This document shows positions 1-11,212 of a DNA stretch of 64,000 bases, one piece after another. A model generated the notes under the pieces. It was not told the DNA's origin, ran no database searches, and worked only from the letters and a program-made list of their open reading frames with translations. The DNA is from Nemertoderma westbladi (Eukaryota; Animalia; Xenacoelomorpha): the NCBI GenBank assembly GCA_032718475.1, contig JAUCBJ010003098.1:4988-68987 (forward strand), in the 5' to 3' direction. The stretch's first letter is position 1. Every line of letters starts with the position of its first letter. Both the position numbers and the translations under genes were made by a program.

Positions 1-1420
1 GATTCTTTAGGATTTTGAGGATTTCAGCTCTGTCAAATTTTATCGATGACAGTGTAACACCGGGGGGGTGTTTGATAGGCGGTTTTGGGTCAACTCCATC
101 ATCAGTAGTAAATGCGGATTTGAATGTGTTATTTATTAAGTTTGCTCGATCTACATCACTGATGTAAACCTTCCCGTCCGAATCTTTCATTGCAGGGATA
201 CCACAGCGATGAACCAGATTGTCCTTATTATATCTCCAAAACTTTTTGGAATTTTTTTCTCTCATTATTCGATCCTCAATACATCTACGGGATTCAGAGT
301 GGGCGAATTCCAAAGATATATTTAGAGCATCCAGGTTCTCCAATAGTGATACCGTTCTCGTTGGGTTTGAGCTCTCTTTTAGTTTTATCTTAGTGCGGTG
401 AATTCGCCTAAGTATATTTTTGATTGCTGGACTACTTTTCGGTTTCATAGGTTTTGAGATAGGAACAGAATCCTCAATTATAGACATTAGAATAAAATCC
501 AATGAATCAATGTTTTGTTGAGGGTCCGAATTTGAGTTAACTATGTTTGGCCAATCTATGAGCGAAGCTATTCCACAAATTTGTTCCCAATCAGCTTTTG
601 ACCAGTCGCGTATCAGTGGTGATGGATTCTCAGTTGAGATTAGCGGTAAGGTACCTTTCATCATGAAGTGATCACTTCGAACATTGTTAAACCCAAACCG
701 ATCTCCAACATTTATATTTCCAACAAGATTTGGATTACTAACTAGAAACAAGTCAAGAGTTCCACCAGCAATATGTGTTGCGCAATCAATAACCTGAGTA
801 AGATCTCTATCAGAAGTTAAGTCAATAAAGTTCTGAGCAATTGGACGATAGCTGCAGTCTTCAGTGGGGGCCGGAATAGACCAATCAATATTTCGGAAGT
901 TAAAATCGCCAGTAACAATCACTGGTCTTGTGAGGTCAATGGGATAGAAACGTTTAAAATCTGAAATAAAACTGGTGTAGTGATCAGCGTTAATATGTGG
1001 AATATACACAGTTCCAATGCGAATAGGAGACCTGTAGGCATGTAGATCCACCCATAGGCATTCCCCTGAGGTTTCAAGTTCGACTCTAACAGGAAATAAT
1101 TCATGGGAAATAAGCATTGCCACTCCTCCACCTCGGTTTATACTATCCCGATCTTGACGAAAAATATCAAACCTTCGCAATTCGGGGCAAGCAAAAATAT
1201 TGTCGGATTCTTTAGTAAGTAGATGTGTTTCTGTCATACAAATAACAATAGGCGAGTCGGTATGTGTAGCTGATATTAATTGTAATGCTTCAATTTTATT
1301 TCTTATAGATTGGCAATTCATATAAAACAGGACAGGAGATACAGCATCTTTTCCAGATTTGGTGTTGGCAGTAACATTATCACTCTGTTCATGTAGATTG
1401 GAATCTTCATTGGCTGAGTG
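1..1420 (-). mobile_element. Decayed CR1/L2-type LINE: APE endonuclease and linker, continues beyond the window start
   Basis: Minus-strand translation shows APE motifs YMNCQSIRNK, ICMTETHL, DRDSINRGGGVA, VTGDFNFRNIDW, THIAGGTLDLFL and RSDH, then RDWSKADW and FWRYI, with frameshifts and stops downstream. Confidence 0.85.
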
Positions 1421-1778
1421 TGCGTAGTCTCAGGCCTGGCTGGGCCCTATGACAGAGCTCTCCGATGTATCAATAATAATAATATTACAGGTTACGGTAC
1501 ACGTGCGTTGCAATTAGTTGGTTGATGCGCCATTCTACTGGTAGCCAAGACAGTTGATTGTAATTACGCTTTACGATTTTCGAGCGCGCCACGCGCCACA
1601 TTGGCGCGCTTTTATTGCAAAGTGCGCCGGATTAATCCGGCGCAAAGTGTATGGATTCCACTCTGGACTAGGACACCGGTACTGCATTTAGGTTGTACAT
1701 TATACCGTGTTACAGTTACAGTTAGGCCTACATAAATGATATACCGGTAGGGACAACGGGACAGGTACAGCAGTACTG

Positions 1779-2210
1779 CAGTTAGGAACACTGGTCACTT
1801 TCTGGCTGAAGTTCAGCCAAAAATTGTCCACATATTTACAGCCAGAAAGTGGCCGTGCAGCCACTATTTGTCCTTCACAGGCTGCGATTATATTTCCGGA
1901 CATATTTTGGCCGTAACTCCACTAGTACTCAAAGCAGAAGCTGGGCACATTTTTATTTTTATAATATTACTGATAGTTATCCCAACGATGAGATTCTAAT
2001 TCTCAAATTAATTTATACAGTTTACAATTTATTATGGCGATTCTAATGTCGTAATTTTTAGAATGCCAATGTTAAAATTTCACTGCCGGTCAGCCGGTTT
2101 TCAAATGAAATTTAGCATTATTTTCTATGGAGAAATTTCACTCTGAGAGCGTTTTCCGCGGACACATTCTGGCTGTAAATTGGACATATTGTGACCAGTG
2201 TTCCTGACTG
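1779..2210. mobile_element. MITE-like non-autonomous DNA transposon
   Basis: 20-bp TIRs cagttaggaacactggtcac (1779-1798) and gtgaccagtgttcctgactg (2191-2210), 1 mismatch, plus subterminal inverted matches (atttacagccagaa). No coding capacity; TSD not clear. Confidence 0.65.
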
Positions 2211-2499
2211 TACTGACTTTGGCAGACTATGGTTGGTTACACTCCTTCAAAATTCAAATGGCGCGGTGCTCTTCAAAATTGTTTCAATGCTGCAATGTGC
2301 GGCGCGCTTAAAAATTTCTTAGGCGCGGGGTTTGCTTTGAAATTGCATCGGCGCGCGGCGCGCCTAAATATTGGTCGGCGCGCTATCCGGCGCACTTTTT
2401 GGATGGATTCCATACATCAGTACAGGCAGGCCTGTACTGCATACTGCCTGACTGCTGTCAGGCTGTAGGCCAGGCCAGCCAACTGCCAACGTAGGTCAA

Positions 2500-2671
2500 T
2501 CGGTGAGAAGTTATATTTTCAACTGACTGACTGAGTTGGAAATTTCAACTTTACTTCATACTTTCTATCAGTCTATAATTCAACTTTTTATTTAGGCCTA
2601 AATTAAATTTTTGATTTTGAACTACCGGTAGGCCTACTGAACTAGGCCTACCAGTCATTGCCAGTAAGCAG
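2500..2671 (+). other. Putative non-coding first exon (5' UTR) of the hnRNP F/H gene
   Basis: Consensus donor CAG|GTAAGT at 2671/2672 and a candidate acceptor (T-run...ccttacag) at 9165, upstream of the ATG at 9277. The start coordinate is a guess. Confidence 0.35.
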
Positions 2672-4689
2672 GTAAGTGAGTAAGTATTTAAAATTCACCT
2701 TTTTTTAATTCAAATTTTGGAGTAGCAGTAGGCCTAGGCTGCTAGGTTTGGAACTACCGGTACTTAAATATCGAGTTGGAATCCATTTAGCCATTACTGC
2801 TGTACTTGCACTGGATGACTGGCATTGGCATTGGCAGGTGGCAGACTCCAGACTGGTATTCCATTATCAGATTATATAATAGTTATGATGTACAGCGGTT
2901 ATGATGATAAATTCCACTAGTATTTCAGCTAGGCCTACCGGTAATTTCAAAATGTAATCACTTAAAACATAAAATGTTTCAAATAAAAGTAAAGCCAACA
3001 GTGAAAGTTTTTATTCCCTTGGTAGGCCTACTGGCATAATCGTACCGGTATCACAGTATCATGTCAGCATGTTATGTTTTAATGTCTTATATTTTATATG
3101 AAGTTGAAGTTTTTTATTTACACCAAAGACTCATTAAAATATAACTGATACTGGAGTAAAATACACAATAATACGTTAAGAAGATCACATAGGTACAGTA
3201 TCAACGATCGCATACATCGCAAAGGCACAATAAGTAAAGATATGCACAATTGATCCGATTAGATATTTACAGTAGGCGATATATGAAGTAAAAACATTAG
3301 GTACGTGATATTTACAAGTTTAAAAATATGTCAAGTTACTTGGTGTAGAGGATAGCCTCATGAGGTATAACCTCGTTTCCATGAGGGTCCCCTTGTAGGT
3401 CTGGTTTTTATAAAGCAAAGAAATCCGTCACTAACAAGTCTGTCTAACATGATAAAATAAAATAATTGGTCGGCATAAGATATAAGTAGTAGGATAAAAT
3501 TAATGAAATAAAAAAGAAAAACTATAGGTTTTTATTACTGGGCGGTTAAAAGATAAAAATACGTTTATTATTTAATACTATTTGCCAAATTTATATTTAA
3601 AAATATTTTCTTTAAAATCATAGTACTGTGTAGTGTACTATTAATACTGCTTAAATAGAGTTTTGTTTAAATTATTATGTTTTGAAAATATAGTTTCGTA
3701 TTACATTCCCGTATTATAGTATTTCAAGATGACAATAAAGGGAATAGTACGAAATAAAATATACGTTTACAAAATGAATCAAATGCCTTTCAATATTGCC
3801 ATACCACTTCTTCGTTCCGAGTTAATTTACCCATAAAATGTGTTTTCACTTGGTGTTTGAAGGATTCTATGGAGACCGCGTTGCGCAAGTCTGGAGGTAG
3901 TGAGTTCCATATCGTTGGCCCCATGAATGAAAAACATTCGCAACCCGTTGCTGTGCGCCGCAACGGGACAACTGCGCGCTTATTGCCGCCTCAGAGGTTA
4001 ATAGATACGGAATTAAATTGTACTAGGGAGGAGAGATACGGTACACGTGCGTTGCAATTAGTTGGTTGATGCGCCATTCTACTGGTAGCCAAGACAGTTG
4101 ATTGTAATGTTCTTGTGATATGCTGTCTGCTAGGGAGACAGAGGCAGAAGCGAATACTTTTCCTTTGCAATGCTTGAAGTTGGGTCCTTAGACTTTTCGC
4201 TGTGCTGGGATACCAGCATGAAGCTACGAAATCCAGATGCGGTTGGATTAAGGTATTGCATAGTTGCCTTCTCAATTGGGTGTCTAGGACCCCGCCTTGT
4301 CTGTATAAAAACGAAGGTTTTTATTACCTTTCTTTATTACATGCGATGCCATCGAGTTTCCTGACAAATCCATATCTAGATGACAGCCCAGATACTTTAT
4401 GGTATTCCTTTGTTCTATTTGCAGACCATTGCATGTAACCTTCAATTCATTATTTCCCGCCAGTGTCTACAGTGTGTTCCAAAAACAACAGCAGTAGTCT
4501 TTTTGAAGTTCAGACTCAATCTGTTATCAGTCGGGTCGCCCAGTTGAATACGTTGGTCAGAGTTGTTGACAGAGCTATAGACAGTTGCCTGACGTTGTCG
4601 TGCGCAGCCAGAATATTGGAGTCATCGGCGAGTTTGAGAGAAGAGCAGGTAGGGGTCGTTTTAGTCGGTATTTCTTTAGCCGTCGATAC

Positions 4690-5175
4690 AGTTATGTTTT
4701 TATTGATGGACATTGATGGCTTGTTATCTATAGTTTGGTTGGGTGATGGATGGTCCAATAAAGCTATATCACCATCATTAACATATTTTTATATGCCTTT
4801 TATTTCTGACATGAATTTTATATTATAATTTTGTAATTTGGCCTGATGAACTTGATACACCCGGACCCGGTATTTAGATTAATTTATAAACTTATATACA
4901 TGCCGATGGACTATCCTGACTGGGAATTTTAATACTAATTTGAACTAACGCTTTTTTTTTTCCCAGCCTATTATTATACTACTTTGTGCGGTCCCGATTA
5001 CGTTCAGTTTTACCTAAAACAAGACGTGTTTTAACCCAGTCAATATTTTATTTATGTGTACAGTTCAATTTCATATATATATTTTACATATGTATCTGTT
5101 AATTTTATTTATTGTGTGTACGGGCTTTAAAAGCATTTGCTTCCTCACGCCCTATTTACATTAAACATTAAACAT
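4690..5175 (+). mobile_element. Non-coding insertion inside the LINE RT, probably a 3'-end fragment of another LINE/SINE
   Basis: Splits the RT between GVPQG..LIYV and the LADDS segment. Ends in a short repeat tail (cattaaa)2. Confidence 0.45.
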
Positions 5176-5460
5176 ATATCAGAAAGATAAGTACGGATAG
5201 TAATCCGCCCTGGGGGACGCCTCTCTTTATCAGATCTCTAATGGTCGAATATACGCCACCAACAACCAACATATACAACCTGACGCCTTTCGCTCAAATA
5301 AGATTTAAACCACGCGATAGTTGAATCACAGAATCCAATGAATTTCAGTTTTGATAATAGTAATTCGTGGTCAACAGTGTCAAAGGCTTTTCGCAAGTCT
5401 ATGAATACGACGCCAGTAACCTTACCATCATCAACGGCTTCCTTAATGTAATTATTTAGG

Positions 5461-5705
5461 TAAAATCAAATCAAATCAAATCAAATCAAATGTTTATTTA
5501 AATCTCTCAATATATATATATATATATATATATACTGCACAATGGGACTATACAACAGTAAATGCACGAATTATTACCTAATTATATATTAATATTATTA
5601 CCTTATTAATTTTACATTAAATATTATTTGTGAAATTAATATGTGCAGTACTATTGTGTATTTGTGCATGTGTATTTGTGCTGTATGAGTAAATAGCATA
5701 TATGG
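5461..5705 (-). mobile_element. Short 3'-end retroposon fragment with a (TTTGA)n tail inside the LINE RT
   Basis: (aaatc)n run at 5463-5490 and a (ta)n run. It interrupts the RT between GYSVET and YLNNYIK. Confidence 0.5.
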
Positions 5706-7494
5706 GTACAATGTTTCCACAGAGTATCCCTTCCTGTATCCTGATTGAAAGGGATCTAATATCTTATTCGTTTCAATAAAATCGTATACCTGTTCGTATA
5801 TCGGTTGATCAATAACTTTAGCTAAAATTGGTAGAAGCGATACAGGTCTAAAATTCCCTTTCTCTTGTCTCGACTCAGCTTTGTAACTTGGAATTACATT
5901 GGCTATTTTAAATGCGGACGGGTAGGTTGAGCTTTCGATTGATACATTTAATAGATGAGTCAGGGGTTCAGCAATCTCATGTGCAATATCCTTTATATAT
6001 AATGGCGATAGGTCGTCGATCCCAGCACTCTTGTCCGTCTTCAAGTTATTCAGGACCTTAAGCATATCAGATACATTAATTTTCTTCAATGAGAATTTGT
6101 TACGGTGGAATCCCTTGTTTCTGTAGTAGTTTTCGATTGCAGCGAGATCATATATTCCTTTACAGGGCGGCAATTTATTCACAAGATCTTCAGCGATTGT
6201 AGTAAAAAATATATTAAATTCCTCCGCAATTGCTGTGGGGTCTGTAATTAATTCGTTGTCTATCCGTAAGCACTTGACTGCTGTGGTTTGCGATTTTTTC
6301 GTCGAGCTTCCAAGTGCTTTCAGCTCCTTCCAAAGTTTCTTTGGGTTGTTACGGTACGAGCCTTTAGCTTTTCCTTAATGTAATTTGTTTTTGCTTCTTT
6401 AATCGTAACCTTATTTGAGTAGAAGAGATGCTTATAATGTTGCTCATTGACGAGTGTTGGATTCTTATTAAAATTTGTTAGGGCGTTATTTTTTGCTGCT
6501 ATACTGTGCAATATATCGCTATTGATCCACGGTTGCGAGTCAACACGTATTCGAATGGAGCGTTTTGGCGCTATTTTCTCCAAGATTTTAGTTAATTCCA
6601 TTACCAATGTTGCAGTTATAATTTCCACATTTGCTTCTGCCGGTATTGATTGGATCGGTTGATTTGATCGGACCTGCAGTGATACGTTTTCTTTAGTGTA
6701 TGTTTTATATGATCTGCACATACGGTAAGTGTGTTCAGCTTTTTTCACCTTTGGTTTTTTACGAGTCACATACACCATGTAGTGGTCGCTAAGTCTTGAG
6801 CGTAGTACACCCGAGCCATATATCAGCTGCTTATTGGATATAAAAATATGATCTAATGTTGTTGACGTCATTGTAGTCACTCTAGTTGGATCCTTTATTA
6901 TTTGCGTGAGCCCCATTGTGTGACAGAATCTGCTCAGTTGTTGACACGATGTTGCCTGTTCAGATTGTTTTGTTTGCTTTGAGGAAGATTTATTTATTTG
7001 TTTGGTGTCCGAGTTTGTGTCCCCCAATATGTAGACTTCATTATAGTTTTCCACATTATCCCCAATAGCATCGCCTAGTTTGTTGAAGAACGCTCTCGCG
7101 TGTGCATCTTGGGGATTATAAATTGAACCAATCAAAATGGGTTTGGTGTGTGGGAGATATATCCGACAGAACATTCCTTCCTCATCCCCTAAACTCTCAT
7201 TAATGTCAGAGCATACAGAGTAGTTCCATTTCTCGGATATATATATTGCTACCCCTCCTCCATGGCGGTTTCTATCTCGCCTTTCAGGCGGCTGATATCC
7301 TGGTATATGTATCTCCAGATTCTTTACGGTCTGATCGAGCCTTGTCTCGGATAGCGTTAATATGTCAATCGGGTATTCGTGTAGAAGTATTTTTATTTCA
7401 TCTAACTTGGTCATTAAGCTCTGAACATTTTGATGTACTATATGCAATCCAGATTTTAAAAACATGTTGAACTGATTGGGGAGCCCAGATGTAT

Positions 7495-8010
7495 TCTGGG
7501 TCCGGTTGGACACATTCGGAGCGGTCGGGGTCCGGTTGGACATGTTCAACGCAGTCGGTGTCCGGTTGGACACATTTGGAGCAGAAGGGGTCCGGTTGGA
7601 CACGTTCGACGCTGTCGGGGTCTTGTTGGACACGTTCGGAGCAGTTGGGGTCCAGTCGGACACATTCGGAGCAGCTGGGGTCCGGTTGGACACGTTCGGC
7701 GCCGTCGGGGTCCGGTTGGACATTGTCAGCGCGCTCGAGGTCCGGTTGGACACGTTCAGCGCAATCGGGGTCATGCTGGACACGTTCGGCGTAGCTGGGG
7801 TCCAGTTGGACACGTTTGGCGCAGCTGGGGTCCGCTTGGACACATTCGGAGCAGTCAGGGTCCAGTTGGACACGTTCGGCGCAGTTGGGGTCCAGATAGA
7901 CGCGTTTGGTGTAGCCGGGGCCCGGTTGGACACATTCGGCGTAGCTGGGTTCCGGTTGGACACATTCGGCGCAGTTGCAGTCCGGTTGGATACTGTCAAC
8001 GCAACTTGGG
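7495..8010 (-). repeat. 30-bp tandem repeat (~17 copies) encoding (TPTAPNVSNR)n, in frame with the LINE APE
   Basis: Unit approximately gggtccggttggacacgttcggcgcagctg. The ORF 6320-7999 begins with this repeat. Confidence 0.9.
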
Positions 8011-8736
8011 TCTGAGTTGAGTAGGTAGTAGCAGTACCCCTAGCATCGGTTTGTAGTAAATAGCTTGGAAGATTTCAATACGCCTCTGTAACCTGCTCCT
8101 TTCAGCCTTTAAATAAAAGTAACCTGCATAATCTTGTAACATGTGTTAACTTTCGTTTATTGTTTTGGTTCCCCCATTAAAACTTTTTATGTGATAGATA
8201 CCAACGCGTTGTTGTTGAAGGCGAACATTCTGATTGGTTACCTGTGGTCAGTGGAGTACCCCAAAGGGGCAGTTGACATTCCACATACAATCATTACCGC
8301 CACAACCGTGAACTCAACTTTATCCAAGAAAATTACACAAATGGCCCTGCTTTTGCTTCTTCTACCTGGAAACTATCTAAACAGCGCAATCGTCACGTAT
8401 TAACAGGATTTACATCTCACGGTTTTCACCACAAAATTTGCCAAACAAACCGGCCTTTCCACTCACTTTCAACAGACTGTATCTGCCTCTATTGCCATGG
8501 CAACTGTTGTGATCGCTACCACGCTTTGCACTGTGCATCTGCACCGACTCTGACCGAACTAGCCTCTAAATAAAACTCGGAACCTTTACTTTGCACTACG
8601 CTCCTTTAAATTTAAATTTAATATTCTGGTGGCGGTTTGTATTATTAATTATAATAGTTTATTCATAATTATTGTGCTCTAAACTATATTACCTTGATTA
8701 AAGGTGTAGTTAAACTAAAAAATAAAAAATAAAACG

Positions 8737-8947
8737 TAAAAAAAAAACTAATACCGGTACTGATAGCCTGAGAGAACAGCAGTAGAGAAACCGGTAGCAT
8801 GGAACCTAACAGTAGATTTCTGGAGGACATAAAAAGTAAAAAAAAAAACTAATACCGGTACTGATAGCCTGAGAGAACAGCAGTAGAGAAACCGGTAGCA
8901 TGGAACCTAACAGTAGATTTCTGGAGGACATAAAAAGTAAAAAAAAA
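8737..8947. repeat. 101-bp tandem duplication
   Basis: ctaataccggtactgatagcc...acataaaaagtaaaa at 8748 and 8849. Confidence 0.9.
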
Positions 8948-9276
8948 GGACAAAAAAGGATTTAAACAGACAATACAAATTATTGAGTAACTATATGTTA
9001 CATTCGATCCTGATTCCTGATTACGTTCGGTCATGTACAGATGTATCCACTTTATTATTATCGGTACAGGTACCGGTAGTGTGTAGAGTTGGTTGGTGTT
9101 GATTCCTGTTTGAGTTTGTGCTACCGGTAGCCTTTTTTTTTTTTACCGGTAACGGTACCTTACAGCCTTACCTACCAGTTTCCTATCTGTCTGTACCAAA
9201 TAGCCGACTTTGTTTTTTTTACTTGTATGTATTGCTGTATTGTAATATTTAATATTGTTCCTTGTCACACTCAATC

Positions 9277-10201
9277 ATGTCAGGTTTGGTTGTCAAAGCC
9301 CGAGGCCTACCTTGGTCAGCGGGAGAGTCTGAATTGAAGCAGTTCTTTGAGGGATGCAGCATTCGAAATATTCTGATTCCCAAAACACAAGAAGGGCGCT
9401 CAGCCGGGGAGGCTTTCGTTGAATTCGAAACAGAAGAAGATTGTATGAAAGCCGAGTCCTACAATAACAAATACTTAGGAAAAAGGTATATTGAGGTAAC
9501 TAGGTCGAAGGCGTCCGAAATGGAATGGGTTCAAAAAAAGGGAAGTTCTGGTGGATCGGGTGGAGGCGGAGGAGAGAGAATGACTGAGGCAATAGTACGG
9601 ATCAGGGGTCTCCCTTACGGGTGTAGTCGGGAGGAAATAGCTCAGTTTTTTGCGGGTTATGCGATAGAACGCAACGGGATAGTCACGGAAAAAGAGGCTC
9701 CGTATTTGCCAGAGGGGGAAGCTTTTGTATTTTTTACCAATCCTTCGATCGCCGAGTCGGCCCTGAGGGACAAACAGAAACAAAATATTGCCCACAGATA
9801 CATAGAGATATTCCGCTCGTCCAGCAATGAGGTCAATAAGTACATGTACGGAAGCGGCATGTCTGGCCGCGGGATGCAGCAGGGGGGACGCCCATCCCCT
9901 TACGAACGGCACGGAGGGGGCCCCAGTGGCGGCGGGGGGATCCCGGGGGGATTCCGTCAAGGTCGGATAATGGGCTCGGGAGGTGGGAGGATGGGGAACG
10001 GTGGTGGTTTCCCATTCAACTACAGGGGTGGATATCAGGACGACTACATGTCCATGTCGGGAGGTATGCAACAAGGTTTTGGAGGCGGCGGTGGTGGCAA
10101 CTATTCCGGGGGTGGTGGCAACTACTCTGGTGGTTCGGGAATGAGTGGTTTCGGAGGAGGGATGATGTCAGGTGGTGGTGCCATGGGTGGTAGCCGGTCA
10201 G
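9277..10201 (+). CDS. HNRNPH: hnRNP F/H family (glorund-like) protein, coding exon with qRRM1, qRRM2 and a Gly-rich linker
   Basis: VVKARGLPWSA, GRSAGEAFVEF, LGKRYIEV, VRIRGLPYGCS, IAHRYIEIFRS, RPSPYER. A phase-1 donor TCAG|GTTGGT at 10201/10202 joins in frame to the exon at 19044. Confidence 0.92.
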
Positions 10202-10759
10202 GTTGGTGGTTACTCTATCTATGGTACTGTTTGTGTAGACCTAGTCTTATTTGTGGTAGCCGGTCAGGTTGGTGGTTACTCTATCTATGGTACTGTTTGT
10301 GTAGGCCTAGTCTTATTTGTGGTAGTCAGGTGAGGACCTTCGAATACTTACGGGAAAGGCATGGGCAGCCTTGAATAGGCTTTCCAGGATTTGGAAGTAT
10401 CCGAGAATTAATCGGAAACTTAAGGTCCGATTATTTAGAGCAGCAGTAGTTCCAGTACTCCTCTACGGGAGTCCATTCTGGGCTCTAACTGCTGAGGACA
10501 CCAAATCTCTGGATTATTGATAGTAACAATGTGTTGGCAAGCTGTATTTTTCGAGGTGTTTGTTATTATACATTTATTATAGGAAGGGATCTAGGGGTCT
10601 TTACCTCGAATGTTAAGTTTATTTTACCGAAAATAACTTATCTTTTATTGGCGCAATTGTAGGACTAATCCCATAACATGCGTACTTTTTATCCGGGTAG
10701 TGTACAAATTTAAGAATCGCGTAATTTTTCTTGAAATTAATGTCTCATATCTCTCCAAA

Positions 10760-10800
10760 CCACGTACGCGTTTCGACCTTACTGGGTCTCATCAGCGTGG
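10760..10800 (-). ncRNA. Minimal type I hammerhead ribozyme, copy 1
   Basis: Minus strand reads ccacg-CTGATGA-gacc cagtaa ggtc-GAAA-cgcGTA-cgtgg: stem I ccacg/cgtgg, stem II gacc/ggtc, palindromic short stem III acgcgt, GUA cleavage triplet. Confidence 0.88.
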
Positions 10801-10862
10801 TGTCGGATTCGAACCTGGGACCTCGAGGTGGAAGCCGAGACTACAACCACTAGGCCACAGGT
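10801..10862 (-). promoter_or_regulatory. tRNA-derived (Gly-TCC-like) internal Pol III promoter; second copy at 11213-11274
   Basis: Minus strand has A box TGGCCTAGTGG, an anticodon-like arm ctcgg-cttccac-ctcgag and B box GGTTCGAATCC. No proper acceptor stem. Confidence 0.7.
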
Positions 10863-11171
10863 TCTTGAGATATGGAGTATTAATTTCAAAGCCAGCTGCC
10901 ATTTTATTAGCCCCTGAGTTTTTGATTATTGATAGTAACAATGTGTTGGCAAGCTGTATTTTTCGAGGTGTTTGTTATTATACATTTATTATAGGAAGGG
11001 ATCTAGGGGTCTTTACCTCGAATGATAAGTTTATTTTACCGAAAATAACTTATCTTTTATTGGCGCAATTGTAGGACTAATCCCATCACATGCGTACTTT
11101 TTATCCGGGTAGTGTACAAATTTAAGAATCGCGTAGTTTTTCTTGAAATTAATATCTCATATCTCTCCAAA

Positions 11172-11212
11172 CCACGTACGCGTTTCGACCTTACTGGGTC
11201 TCATCAGCGTGG
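11172..11212 (-). ncRNA. Minimal type I hammerhead ribozyme, copy 2
   Basis: Identical to copy 1, 412 bp away. Confidence 0.88.

Larger units (their letters stand above)
3100..8400 (-). mobile_element. CR1/L2-type LINE (APE-RT), frameshifted and interrupted by two small insertions
   Basis: APE ORF at 6320-7999 (HQNVQSL, LSETRL, DRNRHGGGVA, LGDTN, TLDHIF, SDH). RT motifs KSAGIDD, NFRPVSLL, FQSGYRKG, FIDLRKAFDTVDH, GVPQG, LADDS. C-terminal LIQPHLDF. Hairpin in the 3' UTR near 3355-3395. Ends are approximate. Confidence 0.85.

Noticed and set aside
4840-4875. CTGATGA as another hammerhead core
   Set aside because: No stem II followed by GAAA, and no closing stems.
7476-8015. Plus-strand 179-aa ORF and other antisense ORFs over GC-rich TE or gene sequence
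   Set aside because: Shadow frames of repeats or of genuine opposite-strand coding regions, with no independent motifs.
10202-10374. C-terminal GWWLLYLWYC repeats of the 370-aa ORF as a real terminus
   Set aside because: Read-through into the intron. Splicing at 10201 restores the third qRRM.
10801-10862. Functional tRNA-Gly gene
   Set aside because: No acceptor stem and weak D/T stems, and it is embedded in a repeat unit. It is a tRNA-derived promoter.
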